This document shows positions 17,889 to 26,606 of a stretch of 32,105 nt of DNA, in pieces. The stretch spans positions 1 through 32,105 of the IMG/VR virus record IMGVR_UViG_3300032243_001164, one strand, 5' to 3'. Origin of the DNA: a virus (taxonomy: Duplodnaviria > Caudoviricetes). Below the pieces are notes generated by a model. That model worked only from the letters and a program-made list of their open reading frames with translations. It had not been told where the DNA came from and made no database searches. Both the position numbers and the translations under genes were made by a program. Every line of letters begins with the position of its first letter. The first letter of the stretch is position 1.

Positions 17889-20800
17889 TTAGTATGATCC
17901 TAAGTAAACATTGCTGACCCAATCAGTTGGGCCCAACACCAGATTGAACAGGCACTGATTGGATGATACCGACTGTGATAGATCGCCTGAGCCCAATGTC
18001 AGCGTATAGGCCACATTGCTGACAAAGGTTCCTGTTGGCACTGGTGTGCCCACAGCACATCCTGGACTGCCATTGCCGCCGGCAACAGTGTTGTCTCCTG
18101 GATAACCAGATCCTGCATAGGCCACATTGGCGTCTAACCAACCGTTGAGTGTACTGGCAGTATCTGTCAATCGTGTGCCCGGCACAGCCACGTACATGCC
18201 AGAAATTTTTCCAGTAAATACCACTTTCATATTCTGCATGATTGGTCTTTGGAATGCAAATTTAAAACTCTGTGTTGTGGTACGATTTCCACCAACAGAC
18301 AAGTCTGGGCCCACTGGCAAATAACCCGTGCTGTAGTTTGTGGTATTAACTCGTAAGTTGCCCCAACGTATCACCGCTTCCGTTGTGCCCACCACTGTGG
18401 ATGTGCTGGTAAATGCCGCAGAACTATAATAATTTGTTCCGGTATTGGCATAAATCGGAGTGCTGACATTTGCACTGGTTATCACAATGCGTTTTGCAGG
18501 TGTTGTGTTGCCGGCAGCGGCACCTGCACTACACACAATGTTAGTTTCATCCAATCCTGTATAAGCAGAGCTATAAACATTTATCAACGATGGCAACGAT
18601 ACTGCTGTGCTTGATCCATTTACACTGGTTAATGTGGCATTTATGTTGCCAACTGCGGCAGCCGACCCATTAACATTAACAAAGATATTCCCAAATGTAT
18701 ATGTGTTGGCTATGACATTACCTGTGTTGGCCTTGGGTATGCCACCAGTCAAGAATGTTGTAGCGCCATCAAGTTGTGCATAAGTTCTTGTCTGTGTTGT
18801 TATGATCGTGCCAGTGGTACCTTCTGCCACCGTGGTATTGGCCGCAATAGACATTGGAGTTGCACTGGTATATGTTTGTCCAATCCAGTTGTATGCTTGT
18901 AAACCGGTGACACAAATATTACCACCACTTTGATAATACGGTATGCCGGATACATAACGTATCACAGCTCCGGCAGTTGACACATTGCTCAGCGTCACTG
19001 TACCAGCAACCAAGGTTGGTACAGATGTCACATTGTCTTTGACGAATCCCACGTTGTTGGTGTTTCCGCTGGTGGTGTGAGTCAAATGTATGTCATTGTA
19101 CCCTGTACCAAATGCTGTCAATGGTGCACTTGTGTGCGCACTGAATACCTTGTAGAACCCTGTTGGATATGTGGCGGCACTGATGGCAGTGTGTGCATCG
19201 GCATCACTGTCAACAATTAAATTTGTGTATGTTCCAGTTTTATTTGTGGTGTTGCTGAATCCAACACCACCCACATTGGATGTGTTGATGTAGGCAGTCA
19301 GTGTGCCTGTCACGCTGGTATTGGCCTGCGTGACTGTGTTTGTTACAACCGGAGTTGTTGATACATAGCGTGTTACACTGGATCCTGCTGATGTTATATT
19401 ACCCGATGTCTGATCTGCCGCGCCGGCTGCCAACAGCGGAGCATTTACATATTCACTGGCACTGCTCATTGTCAATGACTTGGTGCTCAATGCCCCGGGT
19501 GCGGCAGGATTACTGTTGATTGTGATTGCTACAGATTTGACGTTGCTTTGTGATATACCGCCGGGTTGTCCCCAAACAGTCAGAGCCGCTGTTTTGGTTC
19601 CGGTATTGGCATAGGTATAGGTAATGTTGGCTGCGGTAGTGCCCACACCCACTGTTATGTTCCCAGTGGTTACAGTATCGCCCCAGGCCCAATTGAATGT
19701 GGTGGCATTTTGTGCGCCGGTGCTGTATGTGAACAGAGATCTGTTGTTACCATTGTAATCGGTATAAACATAACCGGTCAGTGCTGTGTCTCCGGTTTTG
19801 TCGCTGACTGTGACCGCAGTGGCAGCAATGTTTGACCTCACACTTGGTACCACTGTTACCACTACATTTGTGCTGTTAAACGGTGATGTGGTATACCCGT
19901 TGTATACCTGCAGTTGTGTGTTGTATGTGACATTGGCCCCGGCAATCTGTTGTGACGCCGGCATGGTGTAGGTATGCTCCAGTGTTTGATTCTGATAACT
20001 GCCACTGGTGGCACCACCACTGCCAATTTGCACGTTGGCATTGGCTGTGGCATCACTCCACCAATAGTTATATCTCTGCCCTGATCCAAATACCGCGGCG
20101 TTGCCCGGTTTGGTAGTGGTGCCATTGGTAAATTTCATGGTTCCGCCACCATTGGCTTCCCAGTTGATCACATATGGAACATTGGCTGTGATTATGGGAA
20201 CATGCGAACTGTAAACATTTGTCAAAGTGGGTGCGCTGTTGACGGAAACATTGCTGGGTCCAGCTGTGGTACTGTTGGCCTGTATGGTAAGCAGATATTG
20301 TGTGTCACCGGCTGTACCATTGTTGTATGTATGAGTCTGTGTTGTGCCCGGCTGTGAACTGATGGTTGATGTACCATCACCCCAGTAAACTGCGTAATCA
20401 GTATCGTATTGACTGGTATCAGTGAACAACACAGTTCCGCCGGTGTTGAAGCTGACTGTGTTGGCAGTAAAACTCGGTATGGGAACGGGAGTGTATAGTC
20501 TAAAATAGTTGGAGCGAGTAAAATCATCCACACTACCAACTGCACCCAGTGTGGCATTTCCGCCCCAAGTACCAAAACTATTTGATGCGCGATAATAGAC
20601 TGTGTATAATCCACCCAGCACATTGCTGTAGGTGTGTGTGATTGTACTGGTGTTGGTTGTATAGATGTTGCCATCACCAAAGTTCCAGTAAAAAGTATCT
20701 GGGTTGCCACTGGCTGAACCAGTAAACACCACCGGTTGAGGACTTGGTCCGGCCAATATGTTGGCAACAAACTGCACGTTGCCCACAAATGTGTTTTGTC

Positions 20801-21278
20801 CTAGATTCAATGCAACTTGATTTAGATCGTCGATGGCATCTGTGACTTTGGTTGTTGTTGTCCACTTGTCATAGGCTGTGTTGGCCACTAGACTGCCATC
20901 AGCAGGAGTTCCCAGGATAATGTTGTTGCCTGAGAATATCTCCAAGGTAGACAGTACATTAAGATTGCCCCAGGACAGATTACCAGCACCATCGGTGTAC
21001 AATATATCAAAATTAGATCCACCAGTGATGATCACATTGGACGAAGATCCAATGTTGATTTTACCAGTGTTGCTGGTGATGGTGTTGCCTAAAATTGTCA
21101 GATTTGCCAGGCGTACATTACCAGGCACATCCAAGGACTGTGTTGGACCATTGGTGCCAACACCCAATCTACGATTTGTTACATCAAGGTAGACCAAATC
21201 TGAGTCAATGGCAAGATCAACCCCTTGGCGTGCCAAGTTGTTTTGTAGCATGGGTCCTGATATTTTACCAATGGCCAT
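17889..21278 (-). CDS. Large virion structural protein with tandem PKD/Ig-like domains
   Basis: 1129 aa with PKD signatures FYWNFGDG...THTY, VYWGDG...THTY, YWWSD...EHTY and FNWAWGD...TYTY. Confidence 0.8.
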   Translation of the reverse strand: MAIGKISGPMLQNNLARQGVDLAIDSDLVYLDVTNRRLGVGTNGPTQSLDVPGNVRLANLTILGNTITSNTGKINIGSSSNVIITGGSNFDILYTDGAGNLSWGNLNVLSTLEIFSGNNIILGTPADGSLVANTAYDKWTTTTKVTDAIDDLNQVALNLGQNTFVGNVQFVANILAGPSPQPVVFTGSASGNPDTFYWNFGDGNIYTTNTSTITHTYSNVLGGLYTVYYRASNSFGTWGGNATLGAVGSVDDFTRSNYFRLYTPVPIPSFTANTVSFNTGGTVLFTDTSQYDTDYAVYWGDGTSTISSQPGTTQTHTYNNGTAGDTQYLLTIQANSTTAGPSNVSVNSAPTLTNVYSSHVPIITANVPYVINWEANGGGTMKFTNGTTTKPGNAAVFGSGQRYNYWWSDATANANVQIGSGGATSGSYQNQTLEHTYTMPASQQIAGANVTYNTQLQVYNGYTTSPFNSTNVVVTVVPSVRSNIAATAVTVSDKTGDTALTGYVYTDYNGNNRSLFTYSTGAQNATTFNWAWGDTVTTGNITVGVGTTAANITYTYANTGTKTAALTVWGQPGGISQSNVKSVAITINSNPAAPGALSTKSLTMSSASEYVNAPLLAAGAADQTSGNITSAGSSVTRYVSTTPVVTNTVTQANTSVTGTLTAYINTSNVGGVGFSNTTNKTGTYTNLIVDSDADAHTAISAATYPTGFYKVFSAHTSAPLTAFGTGYNDIHLTHTTSGNTNNVGFVKDNVTSVPTLVAGTVTLSNVSTAGAVIRYVSGIPYYQSGGNICVTGLQAYNWIGQTYTSATPMSIAANTTVAEGTTGTIITTQTRTYAQLDGATTFLTGGIPKANTGNVIANTYTFGNIFVNVNGSAAAVGNINATLTSVNGSSTAVSLPSLINVYSSAYTGLDETNIVCSAGAAAGNTTPAKRIVITSANVSTPIYANTGTNYYSSAAFTSTSTVVGTTEAVIRWGNLRVNTTNYSTGYLPVGPDLSVGGNRTTTQSFKFAFQRPIMQNMKVVFTGKISGMYVAVPGTRLTDTASTLNGWLDANVAYAGSGYPGDNTVAGGNGSPGCAVGTPVPTGTFVSNVAYTLTLGSGDLSQSVSSNQCLFNLVLGPTDWVSNVYLGSY

Positions 21279-21287
21279 TACTGGTCC

Positions 21288-21710
21288 TTATAAAGCATTA
21301 GTGCTGTTTAAATTGTGTATCACAGTAATGGTCTGTCCATATTCACCGTTGGTTGGGCTCAAATTGATCGAAGTGTTTCCGGTAAACTGATAATTGGTAA
21401 CAGGTTGCTGATATACTCCGCCAACAAATACCACCACGTTGGCTTCTTGTCCTGCGGCATAACTATAGGTCATGGGACCATATGTTGTTGTGGCATTGGC
21501 TGTGACAAATGTGTCTTTGATGATGTTGACTGAACCAATCTTGGCCACTTGATTCCAAGTACTACCATAATAAAATTCAACCTTGCTGTTGGTTGTGTTG
21601 AATCTAATCACACCATCCGACGGCGCATCGGATATGGATTGATTTGATATAGGCAACCGCACACCCAATGAACCCGGAGAGATGTCTGGATTTTTCAGTA
21701 ATCGTGCCAT
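21288..21710 (-). CDS. Small virion adaptor-like protein
   Basis: 140 aa made almost entirely of the GVIRFNTT...EFYYGSTW motif plus a VFVGGVYQQP...Y domain, both also present in the 774-aa and 2076-aa proteins. Confidence 0.7.
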   Translation of the reverse strand: MARLLKNPDISPGSLGVRLPISNQSISDAPSDGVIRFNTTNSKVEFYYGSTWNQVAKIGSVNIIKDTFVTANATTTYGPMTYSYAAGQEANVVVFVGGVYQQPVTNYQFTGNTSINLSPTNGEYGQTITVIHNLNSTNAL

Positions 21711-21712
21711 GC

Positions 21713-22024
21713 TTAGTATCCCAAGTAACTAATGGTGGCAGTTACGGCATTGCCAGCAGAACAGTTGGCCTGTATAGTATCTCCATTGCTTAAAATAACT
21801 TTTTCTTTTTCCATAATCAAAGTATTTTGTCCGTTGATAGTGGCACTAGAATAAATTATGTTGGTGTTACCTGCTACGTTGCCACTGGGTACCAAGTATA
21901 AGTTGGCGGTGACAGCACTACCCGAGTAGTTACACAGGTGAACTGTTGTGATAATAGTGTTTCCAACACTGACGTAAATGTTGGCAGCGGTGGTTCCGCT
22001 TACTGGTGAGTTTTTGATTGCCAT
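21713..22024 (-). CDS. Small all-beta virion structural protein
   Basis: 103 aa with an alternating hydrophobic beta pattern (VHLCN...KVILSNGDTI); tightly coupled to its neighbours. Confidence 0.7.
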   Translation of the reverse strand: MAIKNSPVSGTTAANIYVSVGNTIITTVHLCNYSGSAVTANLYLVPSGNVAGNTNIIYSSATINGQNTLIMEKEKVILSNGDTIQANCSAGNAVTATISYLGY

Positions 22025-22036
22025 ATTATTTTATTC

Positions 22037-22687
22037 CTATCCCCCAAAAATTATTGCGTATTTCATTGCGGCCACTTGGCTGGTTAATTCTGATACCGGA
22101 TCAACTCCATCATTGACATAAACACCCGACTGGCCGCCGCCTGAGTTGGCTGTAAATACTACCACATTACCAGGTTGGGCAGTTGGTGTAGTTGTTGTTT
22201 TAGCAATGGCAATATTGCTGTTAATGGTAACATAATTTGATGTGGTAGAAAAAAGTTGATAATTCTTTAGATCTAAATTGCCGCCCAGTGCTGGAGCAAT
22301 ATCCTGTACAACGGCTGTCAGCGCCGCAGGATTTGAAGTGCCAAGAGAACTGGTGATGGCAATGTTGGCAAAGTTGGTACCATCTCTGGTGATCTGCCAA
22401 AATCCAACTGACTCATTCCAACGTAATTGCACATCAGCCAATGTACCTCTATCAACTTCAAAACCAGCCACTCCGCCGGAAACACCAGCACCAGTTTCAC
22501 CTTGGTTTAACTGAACAATTGAGTCTTTGATCTGAGTTGTTGTAGATTCTATGTATGTTGTTACACCAAGCACATCCAAGTTGCCCGTGATTGTTACTTT
22601 GCTCGTGTCGAGGGTAACTGTGTCAGCGTTGTTGACTGTCTGTAAAACGTAACTGGTATTTAATCGTTTTTTGGTTGTAGCGGCCAT
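22037..22687 (-). CDS. Short fibre/connector protein
   Basis: 216 aa. The knob ITGNLDVLGVTT...KDSIVQLN...AGFEVDRG...LRWNES is shared with the 711-aa fibre; it ends in a hydrophobic helix AAMKYAIIFGG. Confidence 0.7.
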   Translation of the reverse strand: MAATTKKRLNTSYVLQTVNNADTVTLDTSKVTITGNLDVLGVTTYIESTTTQIKDSIVQLNQGETGAGVSGGVAGFEVDRGTLADVQLRWNESVGFWQITRDGTNFANIAITSSLGTSNPAALTAVVQDIAPALGGNLDLKNYQLFSTTSNYVTINSNIAIAKTTTTPTAQPGNVVVFTANSGGGQSGVYVNDGVDPVSELTSQVAAMKYAIIFGG

Positions 22688-22709
22688 TGCAAAAATTCCA
22701 TTATTGTAG

Positions 22710-22715
22710 TATTTA
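22710..22715 (-). promoter_or_regulatory. Late promoter core TAAATA
   Basis: CATAAATA between the terminator and ATG 22687. Confidence 0.75.
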
Positions 22716-22740
22716 TGCGCTAGAAAAATATGCCAAAGTC

Positions 22741-22769
22741 AAAAAAATAGCACCCAGGGGTGCTATTTT
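22741..22769 (-). terminator. Intrinsic terminator
   Basis: Minus strand AAAATAGCACC-CCTG-GGTGCTATTTTTTT after the 148-aa gene. Confidence 0.9.
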
Positions 22770-22787
22770 CTCATTGTGATGAAACAA

Positions 22788-23234
22788 TCAAGCAGATGCT
22801 ACGTTGGCATTGGTTGCTGTTGCAACTGTGTTGATTTTGTAGATATACTTGTTGCCTGACCAATCGTGTACAAAACGGTTGCTGATACGGCTTACATTGA
22901 AAGCAGTATTGCTGGTGTTGTAGGCAGTGATTGTGCCTTCACCAGTTGATAGTGCTCCGGCTGCCTTGTTGACCAATTGTATCACTGTGACTTGTGTTCC
23001 GGCTGCGGCCGTATTGGCCACTAGGAACTTGCGCTTGCCTTTTTGTGCAATGATATAACCATGAGCCACTGCGGTGTTACCAGTTGTGTTGTATTGAACA
23101 TCCAGTGTCTTTACACCTGTGCTGGTAATAGTTCTTGATGGTCCACCTGTACCACCAAAGCCAGCAGTACCGTCAGCTTGGTCACTCAGTGTACCATTGG
23201 TTTGTTTTTGTGCAATTTTTAATTTGTTTGGCAT
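22788..23234 (-). CDS. Putative abundant virion protein (candidate capsid decoration)
   Basis: 148 aa, basic and beta-rich, with a YIIAQKGKRKFLV motif. It has its own promoter, a TAAGGA RBS and its own terminator, and is the first same-strand gene after the capsid gene. Function is inferred from position only. Confidence 0.6.
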   Translation of the reverse strand: MPNKLKIAQKQTNGTLSDQADGTAGFGGTGGPSRTITSTGVKTLDVQYNTTGNTAVAHGYIIAQKGKRKFLVANTAAAGTQVTVIQLVNKAAGALSTGEGTITAYNTSNTAFNVSRISNRFVHDWSGNKYIYKINTVATATNANVASA

Positions 23235-23254
23235 TTTATTTTCCTTAAAGTTAG

Positions 23255-23307
23255 CGTTCTAAGCCACGCAAAGTGCCACTCTGCGAACTCTCGGTTAAGA
23301 GCGAACA
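23255..23307 (-). ncRNA. Candidate structured 5'-leader RNA (three-way junction)
   Basis: Closing stem UGUUC/GAACG; hairpin GCUCU-UAACCG-AGAGU; hairpin CGCAGAGU-GGC-ACUUUGCG. It lies between the late promoter and the RBS. Confidence 0.5.
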
Positions 23308-23311
23308 TGTT

Positions 23312-23317
23312 TATTTA
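23312..23317 (-). promoter_or_regulatory. Late promoter core TAAATA
   Basis: GGTAAATA immediately 5' of the structured leader. Confidence 0.75.
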
Positions 23318-23326
23318 CCGTTTTTA

Positions 23327-23354
23327 TTGACTTTGCATTGTACACATGTATAAT
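23327..23354 (+). promoter_or_regulatory. Sigma70-type promoter
   Basis: TTGACT (23327-23332), 16-bp spacer, TATAAT (23349-23354), AT-rich upstream; ATG follows after 6 nt. Confidence 0.7.
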
Positions 23355-23360
23355 GACGCT

Positions 23361-23597
23361 ATGGACACAGAAATAGCTTCAACTTTTTTATCAGGTGCAA
23401 TACTGTTTGGTGCAGGATTTGCCATCATGGGTATTGTTATTGTTTTTCTCAATAACATCTTTCACAAATACTGGAAACCTATTCGTATCTTCACCGAAGA
23501 CAGCTGGATTATGTTTAATGGTTTATCCAATAATACCAGATTTGCTGAACCAACAGAAATCGAAAAAATCCCACCTGTACTGGACAAGAAACAGTAG
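23361..23597 (+). CDS. Small single-pass membrane protein (78 aa), probably leaderless
   Basis: MDTEIASTFLSGAILFGAGFAIMGIVIVFLNNIFHKYWKP has a hydrophobic span followed by basic residues. It fills the gap between promoter and terminator. The ORF-track start at 23346 overlaps the -10 box, so 23361 is preferred. Confidence 0.75.
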   Translation: MDTEIASTFLSGAILFGAGFAIMGIVIVFLNNIFHKYWKPIRIFTEDSWIMFNGLSNNTRFAEPTEIEKIPPVLDKKQ

Positions 23598-23602
23598 CCA
23601 AC

Positions 23603-23625
23603 AAAAAAGCCCCTTACGGGGCTTT
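23603..23625. terminator. Intrinsic terminator between convergent genes
   Basis: Minus strand AAAGCCCC-GTAA-GGGGCTTTTTT (GNRA loop) ends the capsid operon; there is a shorter T run on the plus strand. Confidence 0.9.
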
Positions 23626-23653
23626 AATGTCTTCCCATCTCGGGGTTAGTCAA

Positions 23654-24817
23654 TTACTGGAATGACAAATTGCTTACAGCAATGCTTTCCAAGTAGTCTG
23701 CGGCGTTACCTAGTGAAGATGCTGTGTTTGTCAACTCAACATATCCGTAACGTGTCATGAAACCAACTACTGGTTCGAATGTTGATGGATCAAGAACAAC
23801 ACCAGAACTCATTAGAGGAATATATGGGCAATAGAACGCGGCTGCATCAGCCTCGCTAGTACCTTTGTATCCAACTAATACGTTAGCTGAGTCGCTTGCA
23901 TAGCTGTCAACATATATACGCATTGCACCATTCAATGTACCAACAAACTTGGTGTTTGTAGGAGCTTCAAATGTGCCTTCTGTAGTACGTGCAAATGCGC
24001 TAGTTGTAGCACTTTGCAACACTGTCAATGCGGCTGGTGATACAACTGCCCAGTTAGCGGCACCACGACGTGTACGCTGAGCGATCAAGTTAGCGGCACG
24101 GTTGATAACAACTGCCAATGCGGCATGCTCGTCACCAACGAATGTAGCTGTACCAGATACTGTTGCTTGGTTGTATGTGTATGTTGAACCGCTTAGAGCA
24201 CGTAGTGAACCTAGGATTTCTTGGTCAATTTCAACTGTGATTTCTTGAGCCAAAGCTGCCATGATTTCTGCTTCAACATCCAAACCGTGCATAGACTGTG
24301 CGTCTTGAGCGGCTTCAAATGTCCAACGAGCAGACAATTTACGTGTTTTAGCTTCAACAACTTGTTTCAAGATCTGAACGTTAATACGACGACCAGGTAC
24401 ACCTTCCATAGAGGCTGTAGAAACTGCCTTGCCTGATGGATCACTGCCAGTACCGGAGTAGCTGGTTGCAATCTTGAATGGGCTTAGAGCTTCATCACCT
24501 GCTGTGACGATGTCTGCGCTGTCTGCATAACGCACACGTAGTGTGTGAATTTGGCTTACTGGGCCAGTCATTGGTTGTACACCAACGATTTCGTTAGCAA
24601 TAACTGTAGGCATAACGCGACGGATAACTGGCAAAATCACACGGTTAAGTGTAGAGATGTTACCAGCTGTTGTTCCACCAGCTGTTGCGCTTTCAGCCAA
24701 ATGCTTGCGAGTGTTTTCCAAAATAGCCGACATAGATGTGCGACGTGAACCGCTTAGACCTTCTAACAGGGCTTCTTTGGTTTCGCCCCAACGGCTTTCT
24801 AATAATACTTGTGACAT
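23654..24817 (-). CDS. gp23: Major capsid protein, T4 gp23 family (compact form)
   Basis: 387 aa with LPVIRRVMPTVIANEIVGVQPMTGP, EAKTRKLSARWTFEAAQD, EITVEIDQEI, FYCPYIPL and FMTRYG motifs. Confidence 0.95.
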   Translation of the reverse strand: MSQVLLESRWGETKEALLEGLSGSRRTSMSAILENTRKHLAESATAGGTTAGNISTLNRVILPVIRRVMPTVIANEIVGVQPMTGPVSQIHTLRVRYADSADIVTAGDEALSPFKIATSYSGTGSDPSGKAVSTASMEGVPGRRINVQILKQVVEAKTRKLSARWTFEAAQDAQSMHGLDVEAEIMAALAQEITVEIDQEILGSLRALSGSTYTYNQATVSGTATFVGDEHAALAVVINRAANLIAQRTRRGAANWAVVSPAALTVLQSATTSAFARTTEGTFEAPTNTKFVGTLNGAMRIYVDSYASDSANVLVGYKGTSEADAAAFYCPYIPLMSSGVVLDPSTFEPVVGFMTRYGYVELTNTASSLGNAADYLESIAVSNLSFQ

Positions 24818-24842
24818 TTTAATTTCCTTTTCCTTTTAGGGT

Positions 24843-25943
24843 TTACTTTAGCCCTGCCAAACGCTTTAATGCGATAACATTGCTGTCATCTGCTTCAACA
24901 ACAGTTTTAGCAGTCTTATCTCCAGTTACTTCACTACGGCTTTCAGCTAACACAGCCTTTGGAGCTGATGTTTTAACTGTTCCGTTATTTAGTACTGCTG
25001 GAAGATACTTTTCATATGCACTCTGCAATTTTGCAGTTTGCACAGATTCTAACAAGTCGCTCATAATAGCGGCTTTTTCCCTATTAAGAGGTTTCAACAT
25101 AGAATCAAGCATTACCTTGCGTTCTTGTGATTCCTTGATAATACGGATTTCTTTTTCTTTCGACTCTACTAGTACTGATTTGTCTTCAGCAACTTTCTTA
25201 GCTTCCGCTAAGTCCTGCTGAGTCTTTTTAACAGATTCTTGTAGTTTGCGAATTTCTTTGTTCTCATTCAAGTGAGTCACAGCAAATTCGCTAGCAAAAG
25301 CTTCAAATAAACGACGACCAAACATGTTCTCGCGAGCAGTATGGATGTCTTCTTTTAGTTGAGTCAATTCCGACTCTAGCTTAGTGGTTACAGATTCTTT
25401 TACAAGTTCTGCGGCACGAGAAATAAAGGCTTTTTGCATTTCTGCAATCTTTTGTTTGGCTTCTGCAACCAAACGTACCTTAGTTTCAACAACTGCTTGC
25501 TTGTCTTGATTGAATTCTTGAATTTCTTCAGCCAATGCTTTGATAACAAAACTTTCCATTTTAGCAATGCTATTTTGGTAAGTCTTGCGATCACTGCGTA
25601 GTTCTTTGATTTCTTCGGCTAGTTTAGTAACCATGAAATCATTGAACTTGGTGGCGCTTTCGTTCATGTGCATATTGAAACGCACACGGTCTTCGGCCAA
25701 GGCTTTCTTTTCAACACGGAACTCTTCAAGTTCGCTTTGTAGCGATTCTGTGACCATTTTGTCTAGAGCTTCAACCATTACACTTTTGTCATGATCATAA
25801 CGACCTGCGAATTCCTCACGTAGCTCAGCACGTACTTGTTCACGTGCTTCATTCAACTTGGTTTCCCAAGCTTCACTAAGAGCCTGTTGAGTGCTTTCGT
25901 TTATAAGGCCACTGTCTAACAATGGTTTGATAGCATCTAACAT
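24843..25943 (-). CDS. gp22: Prohead scaffold protein, T4 gp22-like
   Basis: 366 aa, E/K-rich coiled coil, located between protease and capsid gene; AGGAGA RBS. Confidence 0.8.
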   Translation of the reverse strand: MLDAIKPLLDSGLINESTQQALSEAWETKLNEAREQVRAELREEFAGRYDHDKSVMVEALDKMVTESLQSELEEFRVEKKALAEDRVRFNMHMNESATKFNDFMVTKLAEEIKELRSDRKTYQNSIAKMESFVIKALAEEIQEFNQDKQAVVETKVRLVAEAKQKIAEMQKAFISRAAELVKESVTTKLESELTQLKEDIHTARENMFGRRLFEAFASEFAVTHLNENKEIRKLQESVKKTQQDLAEAKKVAEDKSVLVESKEKEIRIIKESQERKVMLDSMLKPLNREKAAIMSDLLESVQTAKLQSAYEKYLPAVLNNGTVKTSAPKAVLAESRSEVTGDKTAKTVVEADDSNVIALKRLAGLK

Positions 25944-25953
25944 TAGGTTTCTC

Positions 25954-26601
25954 CTATTTTAACTTCAATTCGTTGATTAGGCGTATAACGCCTTCCTGTA
26001 CATACTTCTGTACTTTTTGATCTTTACTGGCTTCACGTGCCACTTCAAACAATTGAGCACCACCACGCATGTTCATAAGACTCTCATACACAGCTTTTGG
26101 GTATGCATGAGGTGCGCTGGGTTGTGCTACGATGTCAACGGTAATGATTTCAAAATCACTAACGTGTCCACTGCTTTCATTTACCTGACCCGACCCACGG
26201 CTGCTAACGCCCAGCTTGACGCCGCTTGTCAACATGGCTCTTACGAGCTCACCCATTGGGGTTGGTAAAAGTTTTAATTTTCCGTAACCGCAGTTGCCTT
26301 CCATCCACATGCGTGTGATCATATGGCTAACGCGGTCTAAGTTAATTTTCAAATCATCAGGATGATCGACTTCGCCTAGTACTGAGTATCCAGTCTTTAG
26401 TTGATCATTAATAGTAGTAACAGCTTTTTCAATTTCACGAACAGGATATACTCGTTTGTTGTGATTTTCAACACCACCTTCAATGAATACTCCCGTCATG
26501 AAGAGATCCTTTGTCTTGCCATCACCACTACCTTCTTCAAGGATAGTGATTCCGGCTTGATCAAAAGATAAGTTCTCTCTAAGATAACGAGCTGTTTGCA
26601 T
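25954..26601 (-). CDS. gp21: Prohead maturation protease, T4 gp21 family
   Basis: 215 aa with NHNKRVYP, LGEVDHP, VSHMI, LGVSSRGSG and DIVAQPSAPHA motifs. Confidence 0.93.
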   Translation of the reverse strand: MQTARYLRENLSFDQAGITILEEGSGDGKTKDLFMTGVFIEGGVENHNKRVYPVREIEKAVTTINDQLKTGYSVLGEVDHPDDLKINLDRVSHMITRMWMEGNCGYGKLKLLPTPMGELVRAMLTSGVKLGVSSRGSGQVNESSGHVSDFEIITVDIVAQPSAPHAYPKAVYESLMNMRGGAQLFEVAREASKDQKVQKYVQEGVIRLINELKLK

Positions 26602-26606
26602 CTGTA

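Noticed and set aside
23255-23307. tRNA or known riboswitch in the structured leader
   Set aside because: It is too short for a cloverleaf, has no CCA end, and carries no riboswitch consensus I recognise; kept only as an unnamed candidate.
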